Below are positions 9,974-19,342 of a stretch of DNA of 48,442 nucleotides, piece after piece. Made by a program: the position numbers and the translations under genes. The notes beneath the pieces were generated by a model that saw only the letters and a program-made list of their open reading frames with translations, made no database searches and was not told the origin of the DNA. This DNA comes from an uncultured beta proteobacterium (GTDB taxonomy: Bacteria; Pseudomonadota; Gammaproteobacteria; Burkholderiales; Burkholderiaceae_C): the NCBI GenBank assembly GCA_903929815.1, contig CAIYWD010000260.1, positions 1 to 48,442 on the forward strand, written 5' to 3'. Within the stretch, counting starts at the first letter, position 1. Each line of letters starts with the position of its first letter.

Positions 9974-11359
9974 TCAAACCCCGCCCCCCAGCACCTTGAA
10001 AAACGCTATTCTGTTTTGCAGAACTGCCAGGCGAGTTTGAATCAACGACTGCTGGGCTGCAAAGAGTGATCGTTGTGCATCAAGAGAATCAAGCAAACTT
10101 GAAGCGCCGTGGTCAAAGCGCAGTTGGGTTAAGTGCGAGCGTTTGGATTCTGACTGGAGCAAAGCCTCGCTGGCCTGGAGCTGTTGCGACAGGGTTTCGC
10201 GTCCGGCCAGGGCATCCGAGACTTCACGAAAGGCGGTTTGAATGGCTTTTTCGTACTGCGCCACGGCGATGTTTTTGGACGTGTTGGCCATGTCCAGATT
10301 GGCCTGGTTGCGTCCGGCATCAAAAATGGGCAGCAGCAGTTGGGGCGCCAGCGTCCAGCCCCATGAGCCATCCTTGAACAACTGCGAGAGTTCGCTGCTG
10401 GCAGACCCCACACCGGCTGTCAGACTGATGCGCGGAAAAAACGCTGCTCTGGCTGCGCCAATGTTGGCGTTGCTGGCGATCAGTAATTGTTCTGCCTGAC
10501 GGATGTCGGGGCGGCTGGTGAGTACCTCGGAGGGCAAACCTACCGGCAGATCAGCAAAGTGCAAGGTGTCAAGCTGACCCTTGGTCAATGCAGCGCGGGC
10601 AGTTTCTGGCAAGGCTTGCCCCAACAGCAAAACCAGTGCGTTTTCGTCTTGCAAACGCTGGCGCTGCAAAGCGGCCACGGTGACGCGGGCGCTTTGCAGC
10701 AGCGTTTGAGCTACCTGAACTTCGAGTTCAGAGGCTGCACCATGCTGCAATTTGAGTTCCATCAGTTTGAGCGAAGCTTCTCGGCTAGAGAGCGTTTGCT
10801 TTGAAATGGCCAGCAATTCTTCGTCTGCCAACAGATTCAGCCAGGCTTGCGCCACCGTGGTGATGAGGCTGATGCGCGCCGTGGTGCTGCCTTCCTGACT
10901 GGCTAAGTACTGAGCTAGGGCTTGTTCTTTCAGGCTGGCCACGCGGCCAACAAAATCAAGCTCATAGGCTGTCACGGTCAAACCACCGGCATAAGCGCTT
11001 TTGATAGCGCCATCGTTGTCAGGTGTTCGTGAGCCTGTCAGAGCAGCACTGATACTGGGGAACTGGTCGGCGCGGCGAATGCCCAACTGCGCTCTTGCTT
11101 GCTCCACGTTCAATACGGCCACACGCCAATCGCGGTTATGGACGAGCGCCGTTGCTATCAATTCATGCAAGGTTTTATCTGTAAAAAAACCCTGCCAGCC
11201 CTTGTCAGTACTGCGTAGTTCGCTATCATTTCCGCATGAACATTGATAGGGCCATCGGCTGTCAATGGGAGCATTGGGGCGCTCGTAGGTGGGAATCAGG
11301 GAGCAGGCGGACAGCACACAGGCCAGGCACGCCGGCAAAAAACTTCTGAAGTTACTCAT
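9974..11359 (-). CDS. oprM: RND efflux outer-membrane lipoprotein (OprM/NodT family)
   Basis: Lipobox VLSAC, GLPSEVLTSRPDIRQAE, IGAARAAFFPRISL, C-terminal KVLGGG; third gene of the RND operon. Confidence 0.9.
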   Translation of the reverse strand: MSNFRSFLPACLACVLSACSLIPTYERPNAPIDSRWPYQCSCGNDSELRSTDKGWQGFFTDKTLHELIATALVHNRDWRVAVLNVEQARAQLGIRRADQFPSISAALTGSRTPDNDGAIKSAYAGGLTVTAYELDFVGRVASLKEQALAQYLASQEGSTTARISLITTVAQAWLNLLADEELLAISKQTLSSREASLKLMELKLQHGAASELEVQVAQTLLQSARVTVAALQRQRLQDENALVLLLGQALPETARAALTKGQLDTLHFADLPVGLPSEVLTSRPDIRQAEQLLIASNANIGAARAAFFPRISLTAGVGSASSELSQLFKDGSWGWTLAPQLLLPIFDAGRNQANLDMANTSKNIAVAQYEKAIQTAFREVSDALAGRETLSQQLQASEALLQSESKRSHLTQLRFDHGASSLLDSLDAQRSLFAAQQSLIQTRLAVLQNRIAFFKVLGGGV

Positions 11360-14300
11360 GTGAATGCACTCCCAGATGGGCTGCCTGTTCGGCGTGGATG
11401 TGTTGTTGTCTTTCGCTGTCTTTGAACAGGGTGCGAACCACCACAAAGAAGATGGGAACAAACACCACCGCCAAAGTGGTGCCGGTCAAAATGCCACCAA
11501 TCACCCCTGTGCCAATGGCGCGCTGGCTGGCAGAACCGGCACCAGACGAGATAGCCAATGGCAACACGCCCAAAGTAAAGGCCATGGAGGTCATCAAAAT
11601 GGGGCGAAAGCGCAGATGGGCGGCTTCCAGTGCCGATGCCACCACGCTTTTGCCCTGGGCTTGCAGGTCTTTGGCAAACTCAATGATCAAAATGGCATTT
11701 TTGGAAGACAGCCCGATGATGGTGATCAAGCCCACCTGAAAATACACATCGTTGGCATAAGCGCGCAACAAGGTCGCAGCAATCACACCCAACACACCCA
11801 ATGGCACAACCAAGATCACCGACAGTGGAATCGTCCAGCTTTCATACAAAGCCGCCAGACATAAAAATACCGACAAAATCGCAAAACCATAGAGGATGAT
11901 GGCTTGCGAGCCGGCCAGTTTTTCTTCACGCGAAGTGCCCGTCCACTCAAACCCGAAACCTGTGGGCAATTTGGAAGCAAGTTGTTCCATTTCAGTCAGG
12001 GCAGCTCCAGTGCTAAAGCCAGGTGCAGCGCTGCCACTGATGCGCATGGCAGGGTAGCCGTTGTAACGAATGGTTTGCATAGCACCTGTGACCCAGCGGG
12101 TGCTGGCAAAGGCAGACAGAGGAACGGTTTGTCCTTTGCTATTTTGCACGTTCAGGTTCAAGACATCATCGCCTTGCATTCTGGTGGGGGCATCGGCCTG
12201 CACCACCACGCGTTGCAATCGGCCAACATTGGGAAAGTCATTGACATAGCTCGAACCCAGGGCGGTTGACAGCAAACTATTGATGGCATCAAAGCCCACG
12301 CCTAAGGCATTGGCCTTGTCGCGGTCAATGTCAATTTGCAATTGCTGGGCATCTTCCAAACCGTCTGGGCGCACCTGGGTGATGATTTTGCTTTGACTGG
12401 CCATGCCCAACAGTTGGTTGCGTGCAGCCAGTAGGGCATCGTGCCCGAGGCCGGCACGGTCTTGCAGCCGAAAACTAAAGCCCGAAGATGAACCCAGTTC
12501 AGGAATGGGCGGCGGGCTTAATGCAAAGATAAAGGCATCACGAATGCCCGACAAGGCACCAAACGCACGACCGGCCAATGCCTGTGCAGAACTGTCAGCG
12601 CCAGCACGTTCTGACCAGTCTTTCAGGGTGACAAATGCAAATGCTGCGTTTTGGCCTTGCCCTGAAAAGCTGAACCCCAAAACGCTCACCATGCTCTTGA
12701 CCTCGGGCTGCTTCAACATGAAACCTTCCACCTGCTGCATCACGGCCAGTGTGCGTTCCTGGGTAGCACCTGGTGGCAACTGCACATTGACCATCATGCT
12801 GCCCTGATCTTCATTGGGCAAAAATGACGTGGGCAGTCGCTGGTACATCAGGGCTGCGACGGCCACAATGGCCAAATAGATGAACAGATAACGAGCAGCA
12901 CGGGGCATCAATTTGGCTATGCTGCGCTCGTAACCCTTGGCAGTACGCGCAAAACCACGGTTAAACCAGCTAAAAAATCCGGTCTTGGCGTGATGGTGTC
13001 CGGCCTCCACAGGCTTGAGCAATGACGCGCACAAGGCGGGAGTGAGCGACAACGCCAAAAAGGCCGAAAACGCAATCGACACACCCATGACCGCTGCAAA
13101 CTGGCGGTAAATGTTGCCAATAGAACCGCTAAAAAATGCCAGCGGCACAAACACCGAAATCAAAACAACGGTCACGCCAATGATGGCGCCAGAGATTTGC
13201 CCCATGGCCTTGCGGGTGGCTTGAACGGGTGGCAAACCTTCTTCGCTCATGATGCGCTCGACGTTTTCAACCACCACAATGGCATCATCAACCACAATCC
13301 CAATCACCAGCACCATCGCAAACATGGTCAGGACGTTGATGGAAAAGCCCATCGCCAGCAAAGTGGCAAACGTACCCAAAAGCGCCACAGGCACGACCAA
13401 TGTGGGAATGAGGGTGTAGCGCCAGTCTTGCAAAAACAAAAACATCACCAAAAACACCAGCGCAATGGCCTCCAGCAAGGTTTCGGCCACCTGCCGCAAA
13501 GAGGTCTCGATAAAGCGCGAACTATCGTAAGGAATGGACCAGGTAAGACCTTTGGGAAAGAAGGGTTCAAGCTCGTGCATTCGGGCGCGAACGGCCTTGG
13601 CAGTGGCGAGCGCATTGCCACTGGGGGACAACTGCACACCGATACCCGTGGAAGGCTTGCCATTCAGACGTGCCGAAGTGGCATAAGACTGAGCACCGAG
13701 TTCAATGCGTGCGACATCTTTCAGGCGAACGGTCGATCCATCGGCGTTGGCGCGCAAAACCACATTGCCAAACTGTTCTGTCGTGGTCAATTGACCGTTG
13801 ACGACCACGGTTGCTGACATACCTTGGCCTGCGATGTTGGGCAGACTGCCAATTTCGCCGGCTGAGACCTGCGCGTTTTGAGAGCGAATGGCGGACGTCA
13901 CATCGGATGCCGATAAGTTGTAGCCGACAAGTTTGGCGGGGTCAAACCAGACCCGCATGGCGCGCTCTGTGCCAAACAATTGGGCCTGGCCTACGCCGGG
14001 AAGGCGTTGAATTTCTGGCACTACGCTGCGAGCTGCATAGTCGCCCAGCGCCACGGGGGTGAGATCGGGATTGTCAGACGACAAAATGGTAAACAACAAG
14101 AAGTTGCTGCGAGATTTCTCGACACGCACACCTTGCTGCGTCACGGCAGAAGGCAAGCGAGGTGCTGCGCGAGACAGTCGATTTTGCACATCGACCTGCG
14201 CCAAATCGGGTTGGGTGCCGGGTTGAAAGCTCAGCGTGATGCTGCCAGTGCCGTTGGCCTGGGCTGTGGCTTCCATGTAAATCAAGCCGGGTGAGCCATT

Positions 14301-14507
14301 CATCTCTTGCTCAATGATGGACAGCACGCTGTCTTCGAGCGTTTGAGCTGACGCGCCTGGGTAGGCCGCCGAGATGATGATGGAGGGCGGCGCGACCGGC
14401 GGATACTGGGCAATCGGCAACTGGGTGATGGCGACCATGCCCATCACCATGATAAACAGCGCAATCACCCACGCAAAAATGGGACGGTCTATAAAAAATT
14501 TGGCCAT
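11352..14507 (-). CDS. acrB: RND efflux transporter (AcrB/MexB family)
   Basis: MAKFFIDRPIFAWVIA, GIVVDDAIVVVENVER, KNAILIIEFA, LRFRPILMTS; 1051 aa. Confidence 0.96.
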   Translation of the reverse strand: MAKFFIDRPIFAWVIALFIMVMGMVAITQLPIAQYPPVAPPSIIISAAYPGASAQTLEDSVLSIIEQEMNGSPGLIYMEATAQANGTGSITLSFQPGTQPDLAQVDVQNRLSRAAPRLPSAVTQQGVRVEKSRSNFLLFTILSSDNPDLTPVALGDYAARSVVPEIQRLPGVGQAQLFGTERAMRVWFDPAKLVGYNLSASDVTSAIRSQNAQVSAGEIGSLPNIAGQGMSATVVVNGQLTTTEQFGNVVLRANADGSTVRLKDVARIELGAQSYATSARLNGKPSTGIGVQLSPSGNALATAKAVRARMHELEPFFPKGLTWSIPYDSSRFIETSLRQVAETLLEAIALVFLVMFLFLQDWRYTLIPTLVVPVALLGTFATLLAMGFSINVLTMFAMVLVIGIVVDDAIVVVENVERIMSEEGLPPVQATRKAMGQISGAIIGVTVVLISVFVPLAFFSGSIGNIYRQFAAVMGVSIAFSAFLALSLTPALCASLLKPVEAGHHHAKTGFFSWFNRGFARTAKGYERSIAKLMPRAARYLFIYLAIVAVAALMYQRLPTSFLPNEDQGSMMVNVQLPPGATQERTLAVMQQVEGFMLKQPEVKSMVSVLGFSFSGQGQNAAFAFVTLKDWSERAGADSSAQALAGRAFGALSGIRDAFIFALSPPPIPELGSSSGFSFRLQDRAGLGHDALLAARNQLLGMASQSKIITQVRPDGLEDAQQLQIDIDRDKANALGVGFDAINSLLSTALGSSYVNDFPNVGRLQRVVVQADAPTRMQGDDVLNLNVQNSKGQTVPLSAFASTRWVTGAMQTIRYNGYPAMRISGSAAPGFSTGAALTEMEQLASKLPTGFGFEWTGTSREEKLAGSQAIILYGFAILSVFLCLAALYESWTIPLSVILVVPLGVLGVIAATLLRAYANDVYFQVGLITIIGLSSKNAILIIEFAKDLQAQGKSVVASALEAAHLRFRPILMTSMAFTLGVLPLAISSGAGSASQRAIGTGVIGGILTGTTLAVVFVPIFFVVVRTLFKDSERQQHIHAEQAAHLGVHSHE

Positions 14508-14513
14508 GAGTTT

Positions 14514-15716
14514 TTATCCTTGATGGGCAGCGCTTGTACTTGAAGCGGGTGCAGAAGCTGCCTTGGCCTGCCACGGCACGGGCTTCACGGGCGCTGGGCC
14601 ACGCAGCTTTTGAAAGCCATCGACCATCACCTGCTCACCCGTTGCCAATCCACTCACAATAATCCACTGACCGTTTTGTTGAGCGCCCACCTTCACGGGG
14701 CGTGGTACAACCTTGCCGTCCGAAGACACCACCATCACGGAATCGCCCTGCGGTGAACGAGTGACAGCCTGTTGCGGCAGGGTGATGGCGTTGCTTAAAC
14801 GTGCCTGCTCCATGCGCACCCGAACAAAAAGACCTGGCAACAAAATACCTTGAGGGTTGGGGACGACGGCACGCAATGTGACCTGGCCACTGGTGCTGTC
14901 CACCGTCAGGTCTGAAAAAAGCAATTTACCCAGATGCGCGTATTCACTGCCATCTTCCATGAGAACCCGAACCGTCGGTTGGCCTGCGCGTTTGTGCTGG
15001 CGCAGTTTCATCACATCCGCGGCAGACTGGGTGAAATTGACATAGATGGGATCAATTTGTTGAACGAGTGCCAGAGGTGTGGCTTCACCTTGCCCTACCA
15101 GCGCACCTTCAGTTACCAAACCGCGACCAATTCGACCCGCAATGGGCGCGGTGATATTGGCGTAGCCTACGTTGATGCGTGCAGTTTCTACAGCGGCGCG
15201 TGCCATCGCCACATCGGCTTGTGCCTGCTTGTGGGCTGCTTGCGCGTTGATAAATTCTTGCTGACTGATGGCTTTTTCTGCCAGCAAAGGTTTGAAGCGA
15301 TCGGCCTGCGCTGCTGCTTGCATCACATTGGCCTCAGCCTTGGCCAGACTGGCCTGCGCGCTAGACAGGGCAGCTTCGTAAGGGCTGGCATCAATTTGAA
15401 AAAGCGGCTGGCCTGCGCGAACATCGCTGCCTTCGACAAACAAACGCTTGTGCAAAACACCCGCCACACGTGCCCTGATTTGTGCCACCCGCGAGGCCTC
15501 TAATCGACCGGGTAGATCAGTCATCACACCCACATCGGTTGGCGTGACAGTGACAACACCGACCTCAGCGGGGGGCATGGCAGAACCAGGCTGTCCGGCG
15601 GGCGGTGCATTCTGGCCACAGGCAGCAAGCACAATGGCTGCGCTTAAAGCCATAACGAATGGCGCGCCATACCGTGCTGAACAGAAACCATTAAAGGGGT
15701 GAGAACAATGAAACAT
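14514..15716 (-). CDS. acrA: RND periplasmic adaptor (AcrA/MexA family)
   Basis: Lipobox VLAAC, LPGRLEASRVAQIRARV, ITAPIAGRIG, VTEGALV, PNPQGILLPGLFVR; start codon uncertain. Confidence 0.92.
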   Translation of the reverse strand: MFHCSHPFNGFCSARYGAPFVMALSAAIVLAACGQNAPPAGQPGSAMPPAEVGVVTVTPTDVGVMTDLPGRLEASRVAQIRARVAGVLHKRLFVEGSDVRAGQPLFQIDASPYEAALSSAQASLAKAEANVMQAAAQADRFKPLLAEKAISQQEFINAQAAHKQAQADVAMARAAVETARINVGYANITAPIAGRIGRGLVTEGALVGQGEATPLALVQQIDPIYVNFTQSAADVMKLRQHKRAGQPTVRVLMEDGSEYAHLGKLLFSDLTVDSTSGQVTLRAVVPNPQGILLPGLFVRVRMEQARLSNAITLPQQAVTRSPQGDSVMVVSSDGKVVPRPVKVGAQQNGQWIIVSGLATGEQVMVDGFQKLRGPAPVKPVPWQAKAASAPASSTSAAHQG

Positions 15717-15765
15717 GGTGTTTTTCCGAGGGTAAATACGGATGAGAATGCTTGATGCAAGCAAG

Positions 15766-15926
15766 GGATAGGGTTAGAAATAAGTTTTGCATTTGGATTG
15801 TCAGATTTGGATGCACTGCGTTGTTACAAATCGCTTATGTGGCTGGGCGCAGACTGCGCGATTTGCGTCTAGCATTGCATCTTTAACTCTGACGGCCAAA
15901 TGCAAAACTTATTGTTGACCATATCA
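15766..15926. mobile_element. MITE family B, left end degenerate, without inner element
   Basis: Right arm AACTCTGACGGCCAAATGCAAAACTTATTGTTGACCATATC and interior match the copy at 34792-35072 minus its nested insert. Confidence 0.85.
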
Positions 15927-15977
15927 TTAGGGGGATTTGGATGTCACAAGCCCACCACATCACTTTGAATCGCACCC
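15927..15977. mobile_element. Right end of MITE family D
   Basis: TTAGGGGGATTTGGATGTC...CCACATCACTTTGAATCGCACCC matches the right end of 39271-39465. Confidence 0.85.
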
Positions 15978-15994
15978 GACCTTATCCAAAGTTA

Positions 15995-16021
15995 TTATAC
16001 ATACAAGCGTGAATGTATAAT
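15995..16021. promoter_or_regulatory. AcrR-type operator / acrA promoter region
   Basis: Imperfect palindrome TTATACATACAAGCGTGAATGTATAA, closely resembling the TACATACA...TGAATGTAT AcrR operator, upstream of acrA. Confidence 0.75.
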
Positions 16022-16054
16022 TAAAAACCGTCTCTACAATTCAATGATATCCGT

Positions 16055-16138
16055 GGCTTCCCACTTAATTCGGGACAGAGATGGAGTCGCAAGCCGATTC
16101 AGATGACTCCATCTCTGTCTCGCCTTAAGCGGGAAGCC
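16055..16138. mobile_element. Palindromic element family F (copy 1, 84 bp)
   Basis: GGCTTCCCACTTAA...TTAAGCGGGAAGCC termini plus inner stem GACAGAGATGGAGTC/GACTCCATCTCTGTC; no TSD seen. Confidence 0.7.
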
Positions 16139-16149
16139 GAAAAACGAGT

Positions 16150-16212
16150 GTTGAACGTGAAATTTAGCCGTGCGTGGTATCAGCGCTTGTCTGTTGGAAC
16201 GGCAAGTTGGAC
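16150..16212 (-). other. Degenerate integron attC-like site
   Basis: On minus: GTCCAAC-TTGCCGTTCCAACAGAC...CGGCTAAATTTCAC-GTTCAAC, 63 bp, overlapping the 3' end of the antitoxin gene. Confidence 0.45.
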
Positions 16213-16433
16213 GCAGTCATTTCAAGGCGATCAGCAAGCCAAACCTTGATCACGGATTGCCTTGTTACCCCGAGTTTTCTGGCTTCTTTATCCAAAGAAT
16301 CAACTATCCAGGTTGGAAAATCAACATTGACGCGCTTTTGCTGCTGTAGCACGCGCTTTGCTTTCGACAAGTCCAAGGAAACAGTCAGGTCAACATTTTC
16401 GTCAAACTGTTGTTCAAAATTTTTAGCTTTCAT
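16164..16433 (-). CDS. CopG/BrnA-like ribbon-helix-helix antitoxin
   Basis: MKAKNFEQQFDE...KRVNVDFPTWIVDSLDKEARKLGVTRQSVIKVWLADRL. Confidence 0.85.
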   Translation of the reverse strand: MKAKNFEQQFDENVDLTVSLDLSKAKRVLQQQKRVNVDFPTWIVDSLDKEARKLGVTRQSVIKVWLADRLEMTASNLPFQQTSADTTHG

Positions 16434-16484
16434 ACCATGCCACCTCTTCTGTGCGTCGCGACGAACGGATATCAATCGAATCCG
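16423..16484 (-). pseudogene. C-terminal remnant of BrnT-family toxin
   Basis: RIRLISVRR then, after a 1-nt frameshift, RTEEVAWYES* overlapping the antitoxin ATG. Confidence 0.65.
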
Positions 16485-16512
16485 CATCGGGTTTTGACGC
16501 ACTGCGTTGCAT

Positions 16513-16923
16513 TCATGTCGGATTCATCCAGTTTTCCAACGTCAGACCTTTGACCCGACCAAAATCCTTGACGTTGTTCGTCACGATGACAGCGCCCCTG
16601 CATCGGGCGTGTGCTGCAATCAACAAGTCGTTAGCGCCAATCTGCTGCCCCTTCATTTTGAGATCAGAGCGAATGTCGGCGTAGTGAATAGCCGCTTTTA
16701 TCGGCCATTCAAGGACATTGACATGTCGAACCAATAAATCAACAGCCTCGCGGTTTTCTTTTTTCATGGACGAAACCTGAACACCGTAGAGCAATTCAGC
16801 CCATGTCACCACGGACATGCACTGCTGCCGCAAAGGAATCGACTGGATGCGATTCAGCAATACCGCAGATGATTTGCGAAGAATGAACGCACAAGTGTCT
16901 GTGTCCAACATGTACTCGGTCAT
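16513..16923 (-). CDS. vapC: VapC PIN-domain toxin
   Basis: YMLDTDTC, VTWAELLYG, IGANDLLIAAHA, IVTNNVKDFGRVKGLTLENW. Confidence 0.93.
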   Translation of the reverse strand: MTEYMLDTDTCAFILRKSSAVLLNRIQSIPLRQQCMSVVTWAELLYGVQVSSMKKENREAVDLLVRHVNVLEWPIKAAIHYADIRSDLKMKGQQIGANDLLIAAHARCRGAVIVTNNVKDFGRVKGLTLENWMNPT

Positions 16924-17180
16924 GTGAAAGACCGCTCCTGGATGGGCATATCTTCAACACCTTCCATGAAATCACTGCTGGCGCACACTTTTGACTCGAT
17001 GAATAAAGTCCAATCTGCAAGGCGTGGCGACAAAATGACATCCATCCCGTCCTTGCGGATGTAAACATCCCGAATCCCCTCAGGAAACCGGAACGCCAGT
17101 GGAATTGTTACCACCTGGGCACGGTTATTTTTACCAACGCGGGCTGTTTGCCATGTCATGGGATGCTCCAAAGTTGCCAT
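16920..17180 (-). CDS. vapB: VapB (AbrB/MazE-type) antitoxin
   Basis: TARVGKNNRAQVVTIPLAFRF...VYIRKDGMDVILSP; ATGA overlap with vapC; true start may be 17159. Confidence 0.85.
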   Translation of the reverse strand: MATLEHPMTWQTARVGKNNRAQVVTIPLAFRFPEGIRDVYIRKDGMDVILSPRLADWTLFIESKVCASSDFMEGVEDMPIQERSFT

Positions 17181-17215
17181 GTGTCATAGTATATGGCTGC
17201 GATGCGCCTCTTGAC

Positions 17216-17340
17216 GGCTTCCCACTTATAGACTTTCAGATAAATAACTTCCATTTTGAACGAAAAAATATCTTTAAGATCAGCAGGTTACTTGAGCATA
17301 CTTGGAAACTATTTATCTGAAAGTCTATAAGTGGGAAGCC
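17216..17340. mobile_element. MITE family F (copy 2, 125 bp)
   Basis: Perfect 31-bp TIR GGCTTCCCACTTATAGACTTTCAGATAAATA; no TSD seen. Confidence 0.85.
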
Positions 17341-17656
17341 GCGGTGGGATTAGCACTGAAATTCTCGATCAGTTTAATCGTACGGCGATTACGTCTGGGG
17401 TCACCCAGATCAAGAGTTTCAAATTCAATGGCAGCCCAGCTCATATGTTTCCTCAATATTTGTTGCTATGAAAGACGGAGCATAACATATCAGGAAACTT
17501 GTGTATAACGATATGCGCCTTACGAGGGTGACCTGCTCTTGTGGAATGGTTTTTTTTGAAGTCTTTGGTATTTTGTGGCGCAAGGTGTCTGCGTTACACA
17601 CGATTTAGCCACAGGAATATTGTTAAAATAAACCAATCCGTTAATGAAATAAAACC

Positions 17657-19225
17657 ATGATACAAAAAAATAAATATGGTCAATATTTTACGCCAAACAT
17701 GGTGGCTGATTTCATGATTAATTTGTCTGATATTCCTGCCACCGCAAAAATTTTAGAACCTTCATGCGGTGAAGGTATTTTTTTGGAATTATTGAAACAC
17801 AAAGGATTTCATAATTTGACAGCTTACGAAATAGACGATTCATTGGCAAATAAATATCCCTTTGTCAAACATGAAAGTTTCGTCACGGCTAACATTAAAG
17901 ATAATTTTGATTTAATTATTGGAAATCCGCCATATATTCGCTGGAAAAATATGCAGAATGAATTAAAAAACGAATTAAAACATCACTATTTATGGAATAA
18001 ATATTTTAATTCATTGTGTGACTATTCGTATATTTTTATATTAAAAGCCATTGAATTATTGAATGAGAATGGCCAATTGATATTTATATGCCCTGAATAC
18101 TGGTTAAATACAACCCATTCGGTAACATTGCGAGACTACATGGTTCAAAACGGTTATTTTGAAAAAATATACCATTTCAATGAAACCCCAATCTTTGAAA
18201 AAGTCACTGTTTCCATTATTATTTTCAAATACATCAAATCAAAACACAAAACCGCAACTATTGATATCTCCAAGCATAATATGAATCAGAAACTAACAAT
18301 AAAAACATTGGAAATATTGCGACAGAAAATACAGACTGAATCCATCAAGCATTTTACAATTTCTCAATTTCAAACCAATGAACGTTGGCTTTTACATACC
18401 GATGAAGTAAAAAGCGAAATAAAAACCACAGAAGCCAGGTGCAAAAAGATACATCAAAACCAGTCACTTTTTGATAATAGTAGCCAGATCGACTATCACA
18501 CGATTGGAGATTTCTGTGATATAGGAAATGGACTGGTGAGCGGTCTTGACAAAGCGTTTCAGCTTCATGAACGCTCTTTGAACAGTGAGGAGGAAAAATC
18601 TGTTTTGGATGTTGTCAAATCGAAAGACATTAAACCTTATTATTATCAAGGCATCACAAAATACCTGTATATTTCTGACAATTACCATGAAGAAGATATA
18701 AAACGCATCTATCCAAATTTTTACAGTCATTTACAACCCTATAAAATAGAACTTGAAAAACGTTATCAATATAACAAAAAAATCCCTTACTGGCAATGGG
18801 TATTCCCACGCAGTTTCAGTTTATTCAGTCGTAACGAAAAACGAATTTTTGTGCCATGCAAGGAACGAATTTCAAATAAAAATTATTTTCGTTTTGCATT
18901 GGCAAACAGTGGAATTTACCCAACACAAGATGTCACAGCTATTTTAAAAAAGACATCAACAAAAGAAAGCATTGAGTATATTTTATGTTGGTTAAATCAT
19001 CACAGAACTTTTGATTGGCTCAAAGTCAACGGAATCATCAAAGGGAATATAGTTGAATTTTCAGAGAAACCAATAACGAGCATTCCATTTCGGGCAATAG
19101 ATTGGGACAATGAAGAGGAGACGATGATCCACCATCAAATTACAGAAATTTGCCAGTCTCTTGTGTGTATGAAAAATGACGATTTAATCTCTAAAATAAA
19201 TGAGCTGATTGACAAACTTTTTTAA
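17657..19225 (+). CDS. Type II m6A DNA methyltransferase, M.HincII-like (gamma class)
   Basis: YGQYFTP, LEPSCGEGIF, IIGNPPY, TaqI-like C-terminal region; strongly AT-rich; followed by a HincII-like endonuclease fragment. Confidence 0.9.
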   Translation: MIQKNKYGQYFTPNMVADFMINLSDIPATAKILEPSCGEGIFLELLKHKGFHNLTAYEIDDSLANKYPFVKHESFVTANIKDNFDLIIGNPPYIRWKNMQNELKNELKHHYLWNKYFNSLCDYSYIFILKAIELLNENGQLIFICPEYWLNTTHSVTLRDYMVQNGYFEKIYHFNETPIFEKVTVSIIIFKYIKSKHKTATIDISKHNMNQKLTIKTLEILRQKIQTESIKHFTISQFQTNERWLLHTDEVKSEIKTTEARCKKIHQNQSLFDNSSQIDYHTIGDFCDIGNGLVSGLDKAFQLHERSLNSEEEKSVLDVVKSKDIKPYYYQGITKYLYISDNYHEEDIKRIYPNFYSHLQPYKIELEKRYQYNKKIPYWQWVFPRSFSLFSRNEKRIFVPCKERISNKNYFRFALANSGIYPTQDVTAILKKTSTKESIEYILCWLNHHRTFDWLKVNGIIKGNIVEFSEKPITSIPFRAIDWDNEEETMIHHQITEICQSLVCMKNDDLISKINELIDKLF

Positions 19226-19232
19226 CAAAATC

Positions 19233-19342
19233 ATGACAATGAATTTTATAGAATTACAAAAAATCATCACAGGGTGCGCTATTCCAAAGCCGATTTCTGG
19301 GACTTTATCAGGTCATGCTGCGGGAGAACCGTTTGATAAAAA
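19233..19342 (+). pseudogene. 5' fragment of HincII-family restriction endonuclease
   Basis: MTMNFIELQKIITGCAIPKPISGTLSGHAAGEPFDK; SGTLSGHAAGEPF is the HincII N-terminal motif. Homology ends where a MITE-C end begins. Confidence 0.85.
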
